From the NCBI GenBank assembly GCA_040901985.1, contig JBBDYC010000019.1:79770-143769 (forward strand): 64,000 nt of DNA, written 5' to 3'. Below the pieces are notes generated by a model, which saw only the letters and a program-made list of their open reading frames with translations, did no database searches and was not told the origin of the DNA. Of the stretch, positions 28,601-37,286 are shown piece by piece (the stretch's first letter is position 1; every line of letters starts with the position of its first letter). The translations under genes and the position numbers were made by a program. The stretch comes from Gemmatimonadaceae bacterium. GTDB taxonomy: Bacteria > Gemmatimonadota > Gemmatimonadetes > Gemmatimonadales > Gemmatimonadaceae.

Positions 28601-29693
28601 CCGGGAGGACCCGCCGCTCGAGTTCGTCCCGGTCTTCAGCGCCTTCCGCCGGATGACGACCGACCTCGCCGAGAGCCGGGCCGAGCTCGAGGCCGCCGAG
28701 CGCCGGCTGGCGGCCACGCTCCGCAACGTGGCGAGCGGCGTGGTGGCCCTCGACGAGGACGCGCGCGTCACCTTCGCCAACCCGCGCGCGGTGGCGATCC
28801 TCGGCGCGCCGCTCGACGTCGGGCGGTCGCTTCCGCGCGCCGCGGCGGCATTGCTCGCCGGCGCGGTCGCCGACTTCCAGCGCGGGGATGCCGACGAGGG
28901 GGCGGTCGAGATCGAGCAGGACGGCCGCCGGCTCAACGTGCGCCTGGCCCGCCTTGCGCGCGACTCGCGACGGATCGTGGTGACGCTTGACGACGTGACC
29001 GAGGTGACGCGCGCCGAGCGCGTGCTCGCGTGGGGCGAGATGGCGCGGCAGGTCGCGCACGAAATCAAGAATCCGCTCACGCCGATGCGGCTCGGCCTCC
29101 AGCACCTCCGCCGCGCGCGCAAGGACGCGCGGGTGGACTTTGACCGCGTGCTCGACGAGAACACGGCACGGATGCTCGCCGAGATCGACCGGCTCGATGA
29201 AATCGCCCGGGCGTTCAGCCGCTATGGCGAGGCCCCGGTGGCCGCGGAGACGGCCGAGGCCGTGGACGTGGCGGCGGTGGCGCGCGACGTCCTCGAACTC
29301 GAGCAGATGGGGGACGCGACCGTACGCTGGGAGGGCCAGATTCCCGATCACCCGGTGATGGCGGCCGCCCGCGCCCGCGAGTTGCGTGAGGTGCTCCTCA
29401 ACCTGCTCGAGAACGCGCGCTTCGCCCGGGCCGACCGCGTCCGCATCGAGGTGGACGTCCCGGCGCCCGGGGGAGCCGAGATCCGCGTCCGGGACAACGG
29501 CGCCGGCATCCCCGAGCACCTCCTCGCACGGATCTTCGAGCCGCAATTCTCCACCAGCACCAGTGGGAGTGGCCTCGGCCTCGCCATCAGTCGTCGGCTC
29601 ATTGAGGGGTGGGGCGGCACGATCACCGCCGAAAGCGCGCCGGCGATGGGCTCCGTGCTGCGCATCCGTTTGGCTCCGGTCGCCGCGGGCTGA
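25659..29693 (+). CDS. Very large multi-TM sensor histidine kinase (NtrY-like HAMP-PAS-HisKA-HATPase C-terminus)
   Basis: Many hydrophobic helices; WGEMARQVAHEIKNPLTPM, NLLENA, DNGAGI, FEPQFST, GSGLGL. Confidence 0.9.
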   Translation: MIAPAARSARGAPEGGRGLREPWMLIASVVVLLAARWIQTPHPGVAALILGALLGLGALTWQSRRDVVWRRVAFLATTAVFVVLAARHHAAVATLERDGDRRRSLLAERGGDTFRRAFEAEVALLQRLATRALDAPATPDGAFAALAELVPPGGDRALLLARGGRAIAWHGRLLIALDSLPAPTGMVATPFYLVAYASAQRGQHVAVATSLIHAEPPADRLSSPLDARVAAATGVQGFIYADAAAAKGIAEAVVLRMGETDVLAARAAVAPVDVLRLGAWERTLARAGAALAVLVLLLIAVAWRRDTGLAPRFSALAVAFATLAILPLSAFSNLSPLFDPSFYIVRTGWRFTANAGALAISAALLLLALLSVRRARVRFRARAPAIAAVIVVAGFAPFLLRELAGGIEVPSIGASPGLWIAWEVTLFLATVTVLLFGVTAGQGAVPRERGLPVWTAPSLAVLAMALAPLLLAAPGRFPPAYTALWALTIAALALTRRARAMVLPVALVAACGAVTLVWFSAVRERVGLAVRDVQGLGVASRDAAVLLDRFTMVLDPSGAARSRVDLLSQFAQSDLAVAEFPTEIATWAPDGALMAELIVGRASGATYGVNLFAHEVQRTQRPAITEVRGDPGIHLVLSVPHADGTATTVVVAPRSRLVAMDPFGAFLGFSPPPAPEPPYELRLGDHSTGTPSPPNSRGQWERVGDELHGDWRLGSVGGLSRRIHAVVDLRSLDVLVTRATLLVLLDLAVLGSIWLLMVTADGALQRWWRRRRREIRTSYRARLTFTLFLCFLVPSLLFGLWSFGRLQADDRQARDLLVRETLRGIAAADSGQLAQAAARFETPLFLYADGLLVSTSDPLLSALAPVGRLLPPGVMATLAEGDVVTTGRQEEVGPAAVRLGYRSVTDASGVRYVLAAPARLDERFLDRRRNDLAMFLLFALALGALGALWASGAASRQLSRPIRELRDSALALARGTRAPALREDPPLEFVPVFSAFRRMTTDLAESRAELEAAERRLAATLRNVASGVVALDEDARVTFANPRAVAILGAPLDVGRSLPRAAAALLAGAVADFQRGDADEGAVEIEQDGRRLNVRLARLARDSRRIVVTLDDVTEVTRAERVLAWGEMARQVAHEIKNPLTPMRLGLQHLRRARKDARVDFDRVLDENTARMLAEIDRLDEIARAFSRYGEAPVAAETAEAVDVAAVARDVLELEQMGDATVRWEGQIPDHPVMAAARARELREVLLNLLENARFARADRVRIEVDVPAPGGAEIRVRDNGAGIPEHLLARIFEPQFSTSTSGSGLGLAISRRLIEGWGGTITAESAPAMGSVLRIRLAPVAAG

Positions 29694-29709
29694 CTAGCTT
29701 TCGGCGCGT

Positions 29710-31479
29710 ATGCATTCCGCCGAGTTTGCCGTCCCGAATCGCCACGCCAGCGGCATCCCGCCGCACCTCGACGGCTGGCTGCTGCCCCCGGACTGGCGAT
29801 GGGGAAGCGGTGGGGTCTACACCCCGCATCGCCACGCGCACGAGCTGATTGACGCGCTCGGGCGCTCACTCGCCCTGGTCACGGCCCCCGATCCGGCGCA
29901 CCAGCACTGGCTCTTTGCCGAGGCGCGTCACCTCGCCCAGCGGAGCCATCCCAGCATTCCGACGACCTATCACTTTTGGCAGCAGCACGTCGGGAGCCGT
30001 CGCGGGCCGGGGTATCTGCGGCGCTGGATCACTGGCGAGACAATCGGCGAGCGGCTCCGTCGCTCGGGGGCCGAGACCGTGCCCTTTGCCCTCCGGATGG
30101 TGCGCGCCATCGGCTCGACGCTGGCGTACCTCCACGACTCGCGGGCCACGCACGGCGCGCTGAGCCCGGAGACACTCTACTTCACCCCCACGGGCCGCGT
30201 GTGGCTTCTCGGATGGCAATGGGCGGTGCCGGCCTCCGAGTTGCCGCCGGGCATCGCGCCCGATCGCCGCTGGTGCCCGGCGCCACCCGAGTGGGGCGAC
30301 GTTTGGGCCCCGACCGCGGCGAGCGACCAGTGGCAGCTCGGCGCGGTCGCGTTCGCCCTCCTCACCGGCGAACTGCCGCCATCGCACGACACGCCGCCGA
30401 TCCGCGTCGTGCGCCCCGACTGTCCGGCGACCGTCGCCGACCTCGTGGACCGGATGCTGGCCGCCGCGCCAGACGCGCGCTTCTCGTCGGTGGCGGGGAT
30501 GCTCCGGCGCATCGAGCGCATCTCGGGGACCGCGGCGCTCGCGTTTCCCGGCACCGAGCAGTCGAGCGGCGAGCACGTGGCCGTGTCCGAGGAGGATCGC
30601 CTGCGCTGGGCCACCGGCGACGACTATGAAGTTCTCGCGCCGCTCGGCGCGGGGATGTACGGCTCCGTCTGGCGCGTGCGCGACCTCTCGCTCGAGCGCG
30701 AGGTTGCGCTCAAGATGCTCCACCCGACCGTCGCGCGGAACGCGACCGCGGTCGCGCGGTTCCGCCGCGAGGCGCAGTTGGCCGCCCAGCTCCAGCACCC
30801 GGCCATCGTCCCGATCTTCGCCTGGGACTCGAAGGGTGACGTGAACTGGTACATTATGGAGCTGGAGGAGGAGGGCTCCGTCGCCGATCTCGTGAAGCGG
30901 CAGGGACCGCTCCCGTTCGTGGACGTGGCACCGCAGGTGGAGGCCGTGCTCGACGGGCTCGCGGTGGCGCACACGGCGGGGATCATCCACCGCGACCTCA
31001 AACCCGAGAACATCCTGATTGACCGCTACCGGCGGTGGAGGATCGCCGACTTCGGCATCGCCAACGCGATGGGGTCGCAGGCCGCGGGCGCCTCCGGCAC
31101 GCCGAACTTCGCCGCGCCGGAGCAGCTGCTCGGCGAGGAGCAGGGGGTGGGCACGGACCTCTTCGCGATGGCGGGCATCGTGATCTTCGCTCTCACCGGG
31201 CAGGTGCCCTTCCGCGGCGACTCGGGACGCGCGATACTCGCCGCGCAGCTGGCCGGACGCGTGGAGCTCGACCACTTCCACCCGGTGCTCGCCGAGTGGC
31301 TCCGCCGCGCGCTGAGCGCGGACCCGGCGCGGCGCTATACCGACGCCACGGCGATGCGCGCGGCCTGGCGCGGCGTCGTCCGCACGGTGCTGCGCGAGGA
31401 GCGTCGGGCGGCGTCGGCATTCTGGCGCCTCTGGCGGCGCTTCCTGGCCGCGCTCCGCGGCCGCTTCAGGGGCCGCTGA
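29710..31479 (+). CDS. Tandem pseudokinase + Ser/Thr kinase
   Basis: C-domain intact (GAGMYG, VALK, HRDLKPEN, DFG, APE); N-domain has kinase layout but degenerate motifs (HGALSPE, LGWQW). Confidence 0.85.
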   Translation: MHSAEFAVPNRHASGIPPHLDGWLLPPDWRWGSGGVYTPHRHAHELIDALGRSLALVTAPDPAHQHWLFAEARHLAQRSHPSIPTTYHFWQQHVGSRRGPGYLRRWITGETIGERLRRSGAETVPFALRMVRAIGSTLAYLHDSRATHGALSPETLYFTPTGRVWLLGWQWAVPASELPPGIAPDRRWCPAPPEWGDVWAPTAASDQWQLGAVAFALLTGELPPSHDTPPIRVVRPDCPATVADLVDRMLAAAPDARFSSVAGMLRRIERISGTAALAFPGTEQSSGEHVAVSEEDRLRWATGDDYEVLAPLGAGMYGSVWRVRDLSLEREVALKMLHPTVARNATAVARFRREAQLAAQLQHPAIVPIFAWDSKGDVNWYIMELEEEGSVADLVKRQGPLPFVDVAPQVEAVLDGLAVAHTAGIIHRDLKPENILIDRYRRWRIADFGIANAMGSQAAGASGTPNFAAPEQLLGEEQGVGTDLFAMAGIVIFALTGQVPFRGDSGRAILAAQLAGRVELDHFHPVLAEWLRRALSADPARRYTDATAMRAAWRGVVRTVLREERRAASAFWRLWRRFLAALRGRFRGR

Positions 31480-31490
31480 GCGTCGGCCGA

Positions 31491-31537
31491 GCGGCAGCGA
31501 GGCGGCAGCGAGGCGGCAGCGAGGCGGCAGCGAGGCG
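31491..31537. repeat. Tandem 11-bp repeat GCGGCAGCGAG x4 plus partial copy
   Basis: Directly visible between the convergent stops at 31479 and 31538. Confidence 0.9.
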
Positions 31538-33829
31538 TCAGCTGGCGTCGAGCGCGTTGCGCACCGCGCCGACGACCTGTCGCGCGGCGAACGGCTTCTG
31601 CAGGAAGACGAATCGCGCCGCACCGAGCGCCGCGCGCAGCTCGGCGTCGTCGGTGTACCCCGACATCAGGATCACCCGCGTCTTGGGCCGCGTCTCGAGC
31701 AGGCGTTGGACGAGCTCCTTGCCGCCGATGCCCGGCATCATCACGTCGGTGAGCAGGAGGTGGATCGGTCCGGACTCCGAGCCCGCGATCCGCAGCGCCT
31801 CGCCGCCATTCGACGCCTCGAGCACCCGGTAGCCGTGCGCGTGCAGCACGCGGCTGAGCGCCGTGCGGATCGCCGTCTCGTCCTCGGCAATCAGCACCAC
31901 CTCGGTACCGCGTGCCGCGACCGTGCCGTGCTTGGGGCTCTCGCGCCGCGCGAGCTGGGCCACCGGCGTCGGCGAGATCGGGAGCATCACGTCGAACCGG
32001 CTTCCCGCGCCGGGGCTGCTCGTGACGCCGATCGTCCCGCCGGCCTCGATGACGATGGCGTACGTCGTCGCGAGCCCGAGCCCCGTGCCCTGGCCGGCCG
32101 GCTTGGTGGTGAAGAACGGCTCGAACAACCGTTCCTGGACCTCGGCACTCATCCCGTGGCCGGTGTCCTCGACCGTCAGGACGGCACGCTCCGGTCCCCC
32201 CGTCTCGGCCGGCGGCGCGGCAGACGTGCGGATCAGCAGCGTCCCGCCGGTCGCCATCGCGTCCACGGCATTGATCGTCAGGTTCATCAGCACCTGTTCC
32301 AGTTGGCCCGCATCCATCCGGACCACGAGCGGCGCGGTCGCGAGCTCGAGTTTCAGCTGCACGTCCTGTCGGAGCAGCCGGCGCAGGATCAGGTCGAGGC
32401 CGAGGATCACCGCGTTGACGTCCACGTCGCGCGGGATGATCACGTCGCGCCGGCTGAACGCAAGGAGTTGGCGGGCGAGCGCCGTCGCGCGGTCGGCGGC
32501 GCCGCGAATGGCGTTCACCTCCTCGCTGTGCCGGCCGTCCTCCTCGAACTCGAAGGCGAGGACCTCGGCGTAGCTCTGGATCACCGTGAGGACATTGTTG
32601 AAGTCGTGCGCGATCCCACCGGCGAGCCGGCCGACCGCCTCCAGCTTCTGCGCCTGGCGCAATTGGTGCTCCACGCGCTGCTGCTCCGTCACATCCAGCA
32701 CCATGCAGCCGACGCCGCCGGAGGGCTCGCCGGGCCGGGCAATCGGGTAGTACGTCGCCAGCCACCGACGTCGCTCGCCGGCGTGCGCCGGCGTCTCCCC
32801 CTCGACGACCACGTCGGCCCTCGCGATCCCGGTGACGAGCACCTGTTCCATTATCGGCCGGATCGTTGGCGCGAGCGCGGGAATCATCTCCTCGATCGTC
32901 CGGCCCAGGTGGGCCTCCGCCGGTGCGCCGTTGATCCGCGCCAACGCCTCGTTGATGCGCTGGAACCGCAAGCCCCGATCGTAGAAGGCGATGCCGAACG
33001 GCGCGCTCTCGAGCGCCGAGTCGAGAAACGTGGCGGTCTGTCGGAGCAGGCGGTTGGTCTCGTCGCGCTCGACGATCCGCTCGCGCAACTCGTTTGCCTG
33101 GGCCTCCAGTTGCGCCGCCTGCTTCTCCAAAAGGACCGCTTGCTGCTCAAGTTCCGTGGACTGGTCCTCGATCTGGCGCTGGCGTGCGAGGGTGTGCGCG
33201 GCCTCGGCCCCGAGCGCCTGCGTGAGGTGCGCCGCTGCCGCCCCGAAAAGGCCGAGGGCCACGAGGACCACGGTCAATCCGAGCCACGCGACGCGCTGCT
33301 GGGCCCGCAGGCGCTCCGTCCGTAGCGCGGTCTCGACGGCGATGAAGGCGTCGAGGTGTCGGGACACCTCGTCGAAGGCGATCGTCCCGTCGAGCGCGAG
33401 CGCACGGGTCAGCTGCCGACCGGAGAGAAGCGGCGTGACAAAGGTCGAGTCCCAGCGCGCCAAGGCGGCGGTCAGGTCGTCGAGACGCCGGTGCTGGGGC
33501 GGGTTGTCGCCGGTCAGCGCGTGCAGGCGCCCGACCAGCGCGGCTGCGGAGTCCTGCTCGACTCGCACGCGCGCCGGCGCCCCGGAGTCGGCTCTGAGGC
33601 CGAACCTGCGCGTGCCCGACTCGGCCTCCCAGATGCTGCGCTGCGCTGCAGTCGCCGTCCGCAGCACGGTGCCGGTATGCGACGCCCAGCGCGCCGTGTA
33701 GCGGTCGGCGGCAAAGCCGGCGATCGCGAGCAGGGCCAGCACCGCGACGGAGACGAGCAGGAGCCATCGCCAGCGGTGGAGTCCGCGGGTCAGCGCGTCG
33801 TCAACAAGCGGCGGGGGGGAATCGGACAG
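31538..33829 (-). CDS. Hybrid sensor kinase (CHASE3-like, PAS, HisKA, HATPase, receiver)
   Basis: LTGDNPPQHRRL (CHASE3-like), PAS, AGGIAHDFNNVL, GTGLGL, LLLTDVMMP, FLQKPF; start inferred at CTG 33829 (first standard start is GTG 33742). Confidence 0.88.
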   Translation of the reverse strand: MSDSPPPLVDDALTRGLHRWRWLLLVSVAVLALLAIAGFAADRYTARWASHTGTVLRTATAAQRSIWEAESGTRRFGLRADSGAPARVRVEQDSAAALVGRLHALTGDNPPQHRRLDDLTAALARWDSTFVTPLLSGRQLTRALALDGTIAFDEVSRHLDAFIAVETALRTERLRAQQRVAWLGLTVVLVALGLFGAAAAHLTQALGAEAAHTLARQRQIEDQSTELEQQAVLLEKQAAQLEAQANELRERIVERDETNRLLRQTATFLDSALESAPFGIAFYDRGLRFQRINEALARINGAPAEAHLGRTIEEMIPALAPTIRPIMEQVLVTGIARADVVVEGETPAHAGERRRWLATYYPIARPGEPSGGVGCMVLDVTEQQRVEHQLRQAQKLEAVGRLAGGIAHDFNNVLTVIQSYAEVLAFEFEEDGRHSEEVNAIRGAADRATALARQLLAFSRRDVIIPRDVDVNAVILGLDLILRRLLRQDVQLKLELATAPLVVRMDAGQLEQVLMNLTINAVDAMATGGTLLIRTSAAPPAETGGPERAVLTVEDTGHGMSAEVQERLFEPFFTTKPAGQGTGLGLATTYAIVIEAGGTIGVTSSPGAGSRFDVMLPISPTPVAQLARRESPKHGTVAARGTEVVLIAEDETAIRTALSRVLHAHGYRVLEASNGGEALRIAGSESGPIHLLLTDVMMPGIGGKELVQRLLETRPKTRVILMSGYTDDAELRAALGAARFVFLQKPFAARQVVGAVRNALDAS

Positions 33830-33983
33830 CGGTGTTCCCTCTCGAAGTGGAGGTGGTGGGCAGTGTACCGGGAAGGGCAGGGGCCGTCAACTGAACCCGT
33901 TCGCAACGGCGCTGCGGGTGTGGACAGCGGGTCGCGTCGTTGCGCAACCTCCCCGAAGTCGCTCCGGGCGGATATCGTATGGG

Positions 33984-36161
33984 ATGATTCGAATCGCCGT
34001 CCACGCGTGGCGGGCCTGTGTGGCCGGCGGCGCCCTTGCCGTGTCGGCGGCCGCGCTCGCCGCGCAGTCCCCAGTGCCCACGGCGCCGGACACCGTGCGC
34101 ACCGACAGCGGGCGCGCGCCACTGCTCGCCGTCGTCCGCGTCGAGGGCGCCCGTGACGCGTTGTCCGACCGGCGTCGCCCGTGGGCGGTCGGCACGCAGA
34201 GCGCGCACGACCTCCGCCGCGGCCAGGCCACGATCGGCGTGGACGAGGCGCTGTCGAACATCCCCGGGGTCGTGGTCTCCAACCGGTACAACTACGCGGT
34301 GGACCAGCGCATCTCCATCCGTGGCGCCGGCAGCCGCGCGAACTTCGGCCTCCGCGGGTTGAAGGTCCTGCTCGACGGCGTGCCGCAGTCGCTGCCCGAC
34401 GGCCAGAGCCAACTGACCAACATTGATCTCGCGGCCATCGGCCGCGTGGACGTGCTGCGCGGCGCCGCGTCGTCGCTCTACGGAAATGGCTCGGGCGGCG
34501 TGATCGCCTTCACATCCGACCTGTCGGCGCCGGACCGGTTCGGCGCCAGCGTGCGCGCCACCGCGGGGTCGTTCGGACTCGCCAAGACACAGGCCCGCCT
34601 GAGCGGTCGGAGCGGGAGCACCCTCGGCGCGCTCTCCTACTCGCGCACCACGATTGACGGCTCGCGGCGGTACAGCGCCGCCGACACGCGCCAGCTGATG
34701 ATCGCGATGGACCATCAGCGCGACGACGGCGTGCTCCTCGCGCTGCGCACCGGCACGTCGGAGACGCCGAAGTCGCTCAACCCCGGTGCCCTCACGCCTG
34801 CCGAGTACGCCGCCGATCGCGACGCGGCGTCGCCGACCAACGTGAATCGCGGCGCGAGCAAGGAGGTCACGCAGGCCTACCTCTCGCTGCGCGCCTCGCG
34901 CGAGAGCGACCGGGGCGCCTGGGGAGTGGCGCTCTACGGGCAGGACCGCTTCCTGACCAACGCACTCGCCGCACCGCCCCCGACCACCGGCCCCGCGCCG
35001 GCCACCGCGGGCACGCTGAACAGGATCAGCCGCGGCGTCGGCGGCGTACGGCTCGACGGGCTGCGGCTACTCAGTGGCCGATGGAATCCGCGCGTCGCCG
35101 GCGGGCTCGACATCCAGCGCGCCGCCGACCTGCGGATGAACGAGCGCACCACCGGTGGCCGCCCCACCGCGCCCGAGGACACGGTGCTCCTGCTCCAGCG
35201 CGAGGTGATGACGGGCATCGGTCCGTTCGCGCACCTGCAGCTCGAGCCGAGCGACCGGCTCACGCTGAGCGTGGGCGGGCGCTGGGACCGGATCGGCTTC
35301 TCGGTGGAGGATCGCTTCCTCAGCGACGGCGCGGACAACAGCGCCGAGCGCACGATGACGGCGGCCAGCGGTCACCTCGGCGCCGTGTGGGCCGCCACTG
35401 CCTCCCTCGCCGCGTACCTGAACGTCTCCACCGCGTTCGAGACGCCGACCACCACCGAACTGGCGATCCGGCCCGACGGCACGGGGGGATTCAACCCCGA
35501 CCTCGACCCGCAGCGGTTGCGGACGTTCGAGGTCGGCGCGCGCGGGGACCTTGGGGCGCGCGTGTCGTACGATGTCGCGCTCTTCGAGACCGTGACCACG
35601 GACGCGATCGTCCAGTACCTCGAGACGGGGACGCGCGCCTACTTCCGCAATGCGGGGCGGACGCGGAACCGCGGGATTGAGCTCGGGCTCCGGGGGCGAC
35701 TGGCCGAGTGGCTCGCTCTGCAGGCGGCGTGGACGCACGCCGACTACCGGTTCGTCGAGTACCGCATTCCGGGAGCCGTGGCGCCCGCGGTGGACACGCT
35801 CGACGGCAACGCGCTCGGCGGTGTTCCGCCGAACGTCGTGCGACTCGGCCTGCGCACCGAGTGGCGCGGGTTCGCGCTCGATGCGGACCACACGCTGCAG
35901 GGAAAGATGTGGGCGGATGACCGCAACACTGCGGCGTTGCGCGCCGACGATTGGGGGGACGGCGTGCTGAACGTTCGCGCATCGTGGCGCGGGATGCTCG
36001 GCGCGATGCGCCTGGAGCCGTTCGTGGCGGTGCAGAATGCGCTGAGCGTGGACTACGTCGGGGCGGTCACGCTCAATGGGGCGTTCTCGCGGGTGCTGGA
36101 GCCGGCGCCGCTGCGGAACTGGTACCTCGGGATCGAGCTGGGGATGCCGGTCGTCCGCTGA
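33984..36161 (+). CDS. TonB-dependent receptor
   Basis: Plug motifs ISIRGAG, LDGVP, RVDVLRGAASSLYGNGSGGVI; barrel with C-terminal PAPLRNWYLGI. Confidence 0.92.
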   Translation: MIRIAVHAWRACVAGGALAVSAAALAAQSPVPTAPDTVRTDSGRAPLLAVVRVEGARDALSDRRRPWAVGTQSAHDLRRGQATIGVDEALSNIPGVVVSNRYNYAVDQRISIRGAGSRANFGLRGLKVLLDGVPQSLPDGQSQLTNIDLAAIGRVDVLRGAASSLYGNGSGGVIAFTSDLSAPDRFGASVRATAGSFGLAKTQARLSGRSGSTLGALSYSRTTIDGSRRYSAADTRQLMIAMDHQRDDGVLLALRTGTSETPKSLNPGALTPAEYAADRDAASPTNVNRGASKEVTQAYLSLRASRESDRGAWGVALYGQDRFLTNALAAPPPTTGPAPATAGTLNRISRGVGGVRLDGLRLLSGRWNPRVAGGLDIQRAADLRMNERTTGGRPTAPEDTVLLLQREVMTGIGPFAHLQLEPSDRLTLSVGGRWDRIGFSVEDRFLSDGADNSAERTMTAASGHLGAVWAATASLAAYLNVSTAFETPTTTELAIRPDGTGGFNPDLDPQRLRTFEVGARGDLGARVSYDVALFETVTTDAIVQYLETGTRAYFRNAGRTRNRGIELGLRGRLAEWLALQAAWTHADYRFVEYRIPGAVAPAVDTLDGNALGGVPPNVVRLGLRTEWRGFALDADHTLQGKMWADDRNTAALRADDWGDGVLNVRASWRGMLGAMRLEPFVAVQNALSVDYVGAVTLNGAFSRVLEPAPLRNWYLGIELGMPVVR

Positions 36162-36193
36162 CCGGCACCGGAGCGGATGTTAGATTTCGAGTG

Positions 36194-36703
36194 ATGAGCG
36201 ACACACCTCCCTTCGAGATCCGCGGCTCCGACATCGCCGGCAAGGGCGCCTTCGCCACCCGGGACATCCCCCAGGGCGAACGCATCATCGAGTACGTTGG
36301 CGAGCGCATCACCCACGCCGAGTCCAACCGCCGCTACGACGACGCGGCGATGGACGAGCACCACACCTTTCTCTTCACCGTGTCCAGCCGCACCGTGATT
36401 GACGCCACGCGCGACGGGAACGACTCGCGCTTCATCAACCACTCCTGCGACCCGAACTGCGAGTCGGAGATCGTAGGCGGGCGGGTGTTCATCTCCGCCC
36501 TCCGTGACATCCCCAAGGGCGAGGAGCTCCACTACGACTATGCCTACGAGCGGAGCGGGGACGAGTCGGAGGACGACGAGGAGCGTTACCGCTGCCGCTG
36601 CGGCGCCCCGCAGTGCCGCGGCTCGATCATGGAGCCGATGGAGAGCTTCCTGGAGCGGAAGCGCGCATCCAGTCGCGGGCCGCGTCAACGTCATCGCGTC
36701 TGA
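36194..36703 (+). CDS. SET-domain protein-lysine methyltransferase with post-SET motif
   Basis: GKGAFATRDI, IIEYVGE, RFINHSCDPNC, GEELHYDY, CRCGAPQCRG. Confidence 0.92.
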   Translation: MSDTPPFEIRGSDIAGKGAFATRDIPQGERIIEYVGERITHAESNRRYDDAAMDEHHTFLFTVSSRTVIDATRDGNDSRFINHSCDPNCESEIVGGRVFISALRDIPKGEELHYDYAYERSGDESEDDEERYRCRCGAPQCRGSIMEPMESFLERKRASSRGPRQRHRV

Positions 36704-37286
36704 GCTGGTGGCCGGCGTCGCTCCAGCGCACCGTCACGGCGGCGCCGGCCGACCGTAGCATCGCCGCCAGGGCGTCGCTGTTGGCCGGCGGGATGATCGG
36801 GTCGTGGCGGCCGGCGGCGAGAAAGACGCGCGTCCCGGCGAGGTCGGGGGAGGTCGCCGGCGTCAGCGGCACCATCGCGCGGAGGAGCACGGCCTGACGG
36901 ACGGTCCCCGGGCGGAGGAGGAGCATCGCCGCCGCGATGTTGGCCCCGTTCGAGAAGCCGACCGCCGTCACCCCCGCCGCGTCGAACGCATACATCGCGG
37001 CCGCTGCCGCCACAAAGTCGGCAAGCTGCTGCGTCCGGGCCGTGAGGTCCTCGAGGTCGAACACGCCCTCGGCCAACCGCCGGAAGAACCGCGGCATCCC
37101 ATTCTCGAGCACCTGGCCCCGCGGACTCAGGAGATTCGCGCCCGGGTCGAGGAGGTCGCCGAGCGGGATGAGATCGTCCTCGTCGGCGCCGGTGCCGTGC
37201 AACAGCAACAGGGTCCGCTCGCTTTCCGGCCGCGGCTCCCAGCGATGCGTGAAGGAAAGCGCCACGCTCAGCGCGAGGACGGCCAC
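36627..37286 (-). CDS. Phospholipase/carboxylesterase (MhqD-like alpha/beta hydrolase)
   Basis: LLLHGTGADE, SPRG, RFFRR, GFSNGAN, DPII, GHQL; alternative start GTG 37265. Confidence 0.88.
   Translation of the reverse strand: MAVLALSVALSFTHRWEPRPESERTLLLLHGTGADEDDLIPLGDLLDPGANLLSPRGQVLENGMPRFFRRLAEGVFDLEDLTARTQQLADFVAAAAAMYAFDAAGVTAVGFSNGANIAAAMLLLRPGTVRQAVLLRAMVPLTPATSPDLAGTRVFLAAGRHDPIIPPANSDALAAMLRSAGAAVTVRWSDAGHQLRRDDVDAARDWMRASAPGSSPSAP

Noticed and set aside
31491..31537. Repeat array as possible CRISPR
   Set aside because: 11-bp head-to-tail units with no spacers and no cas genes
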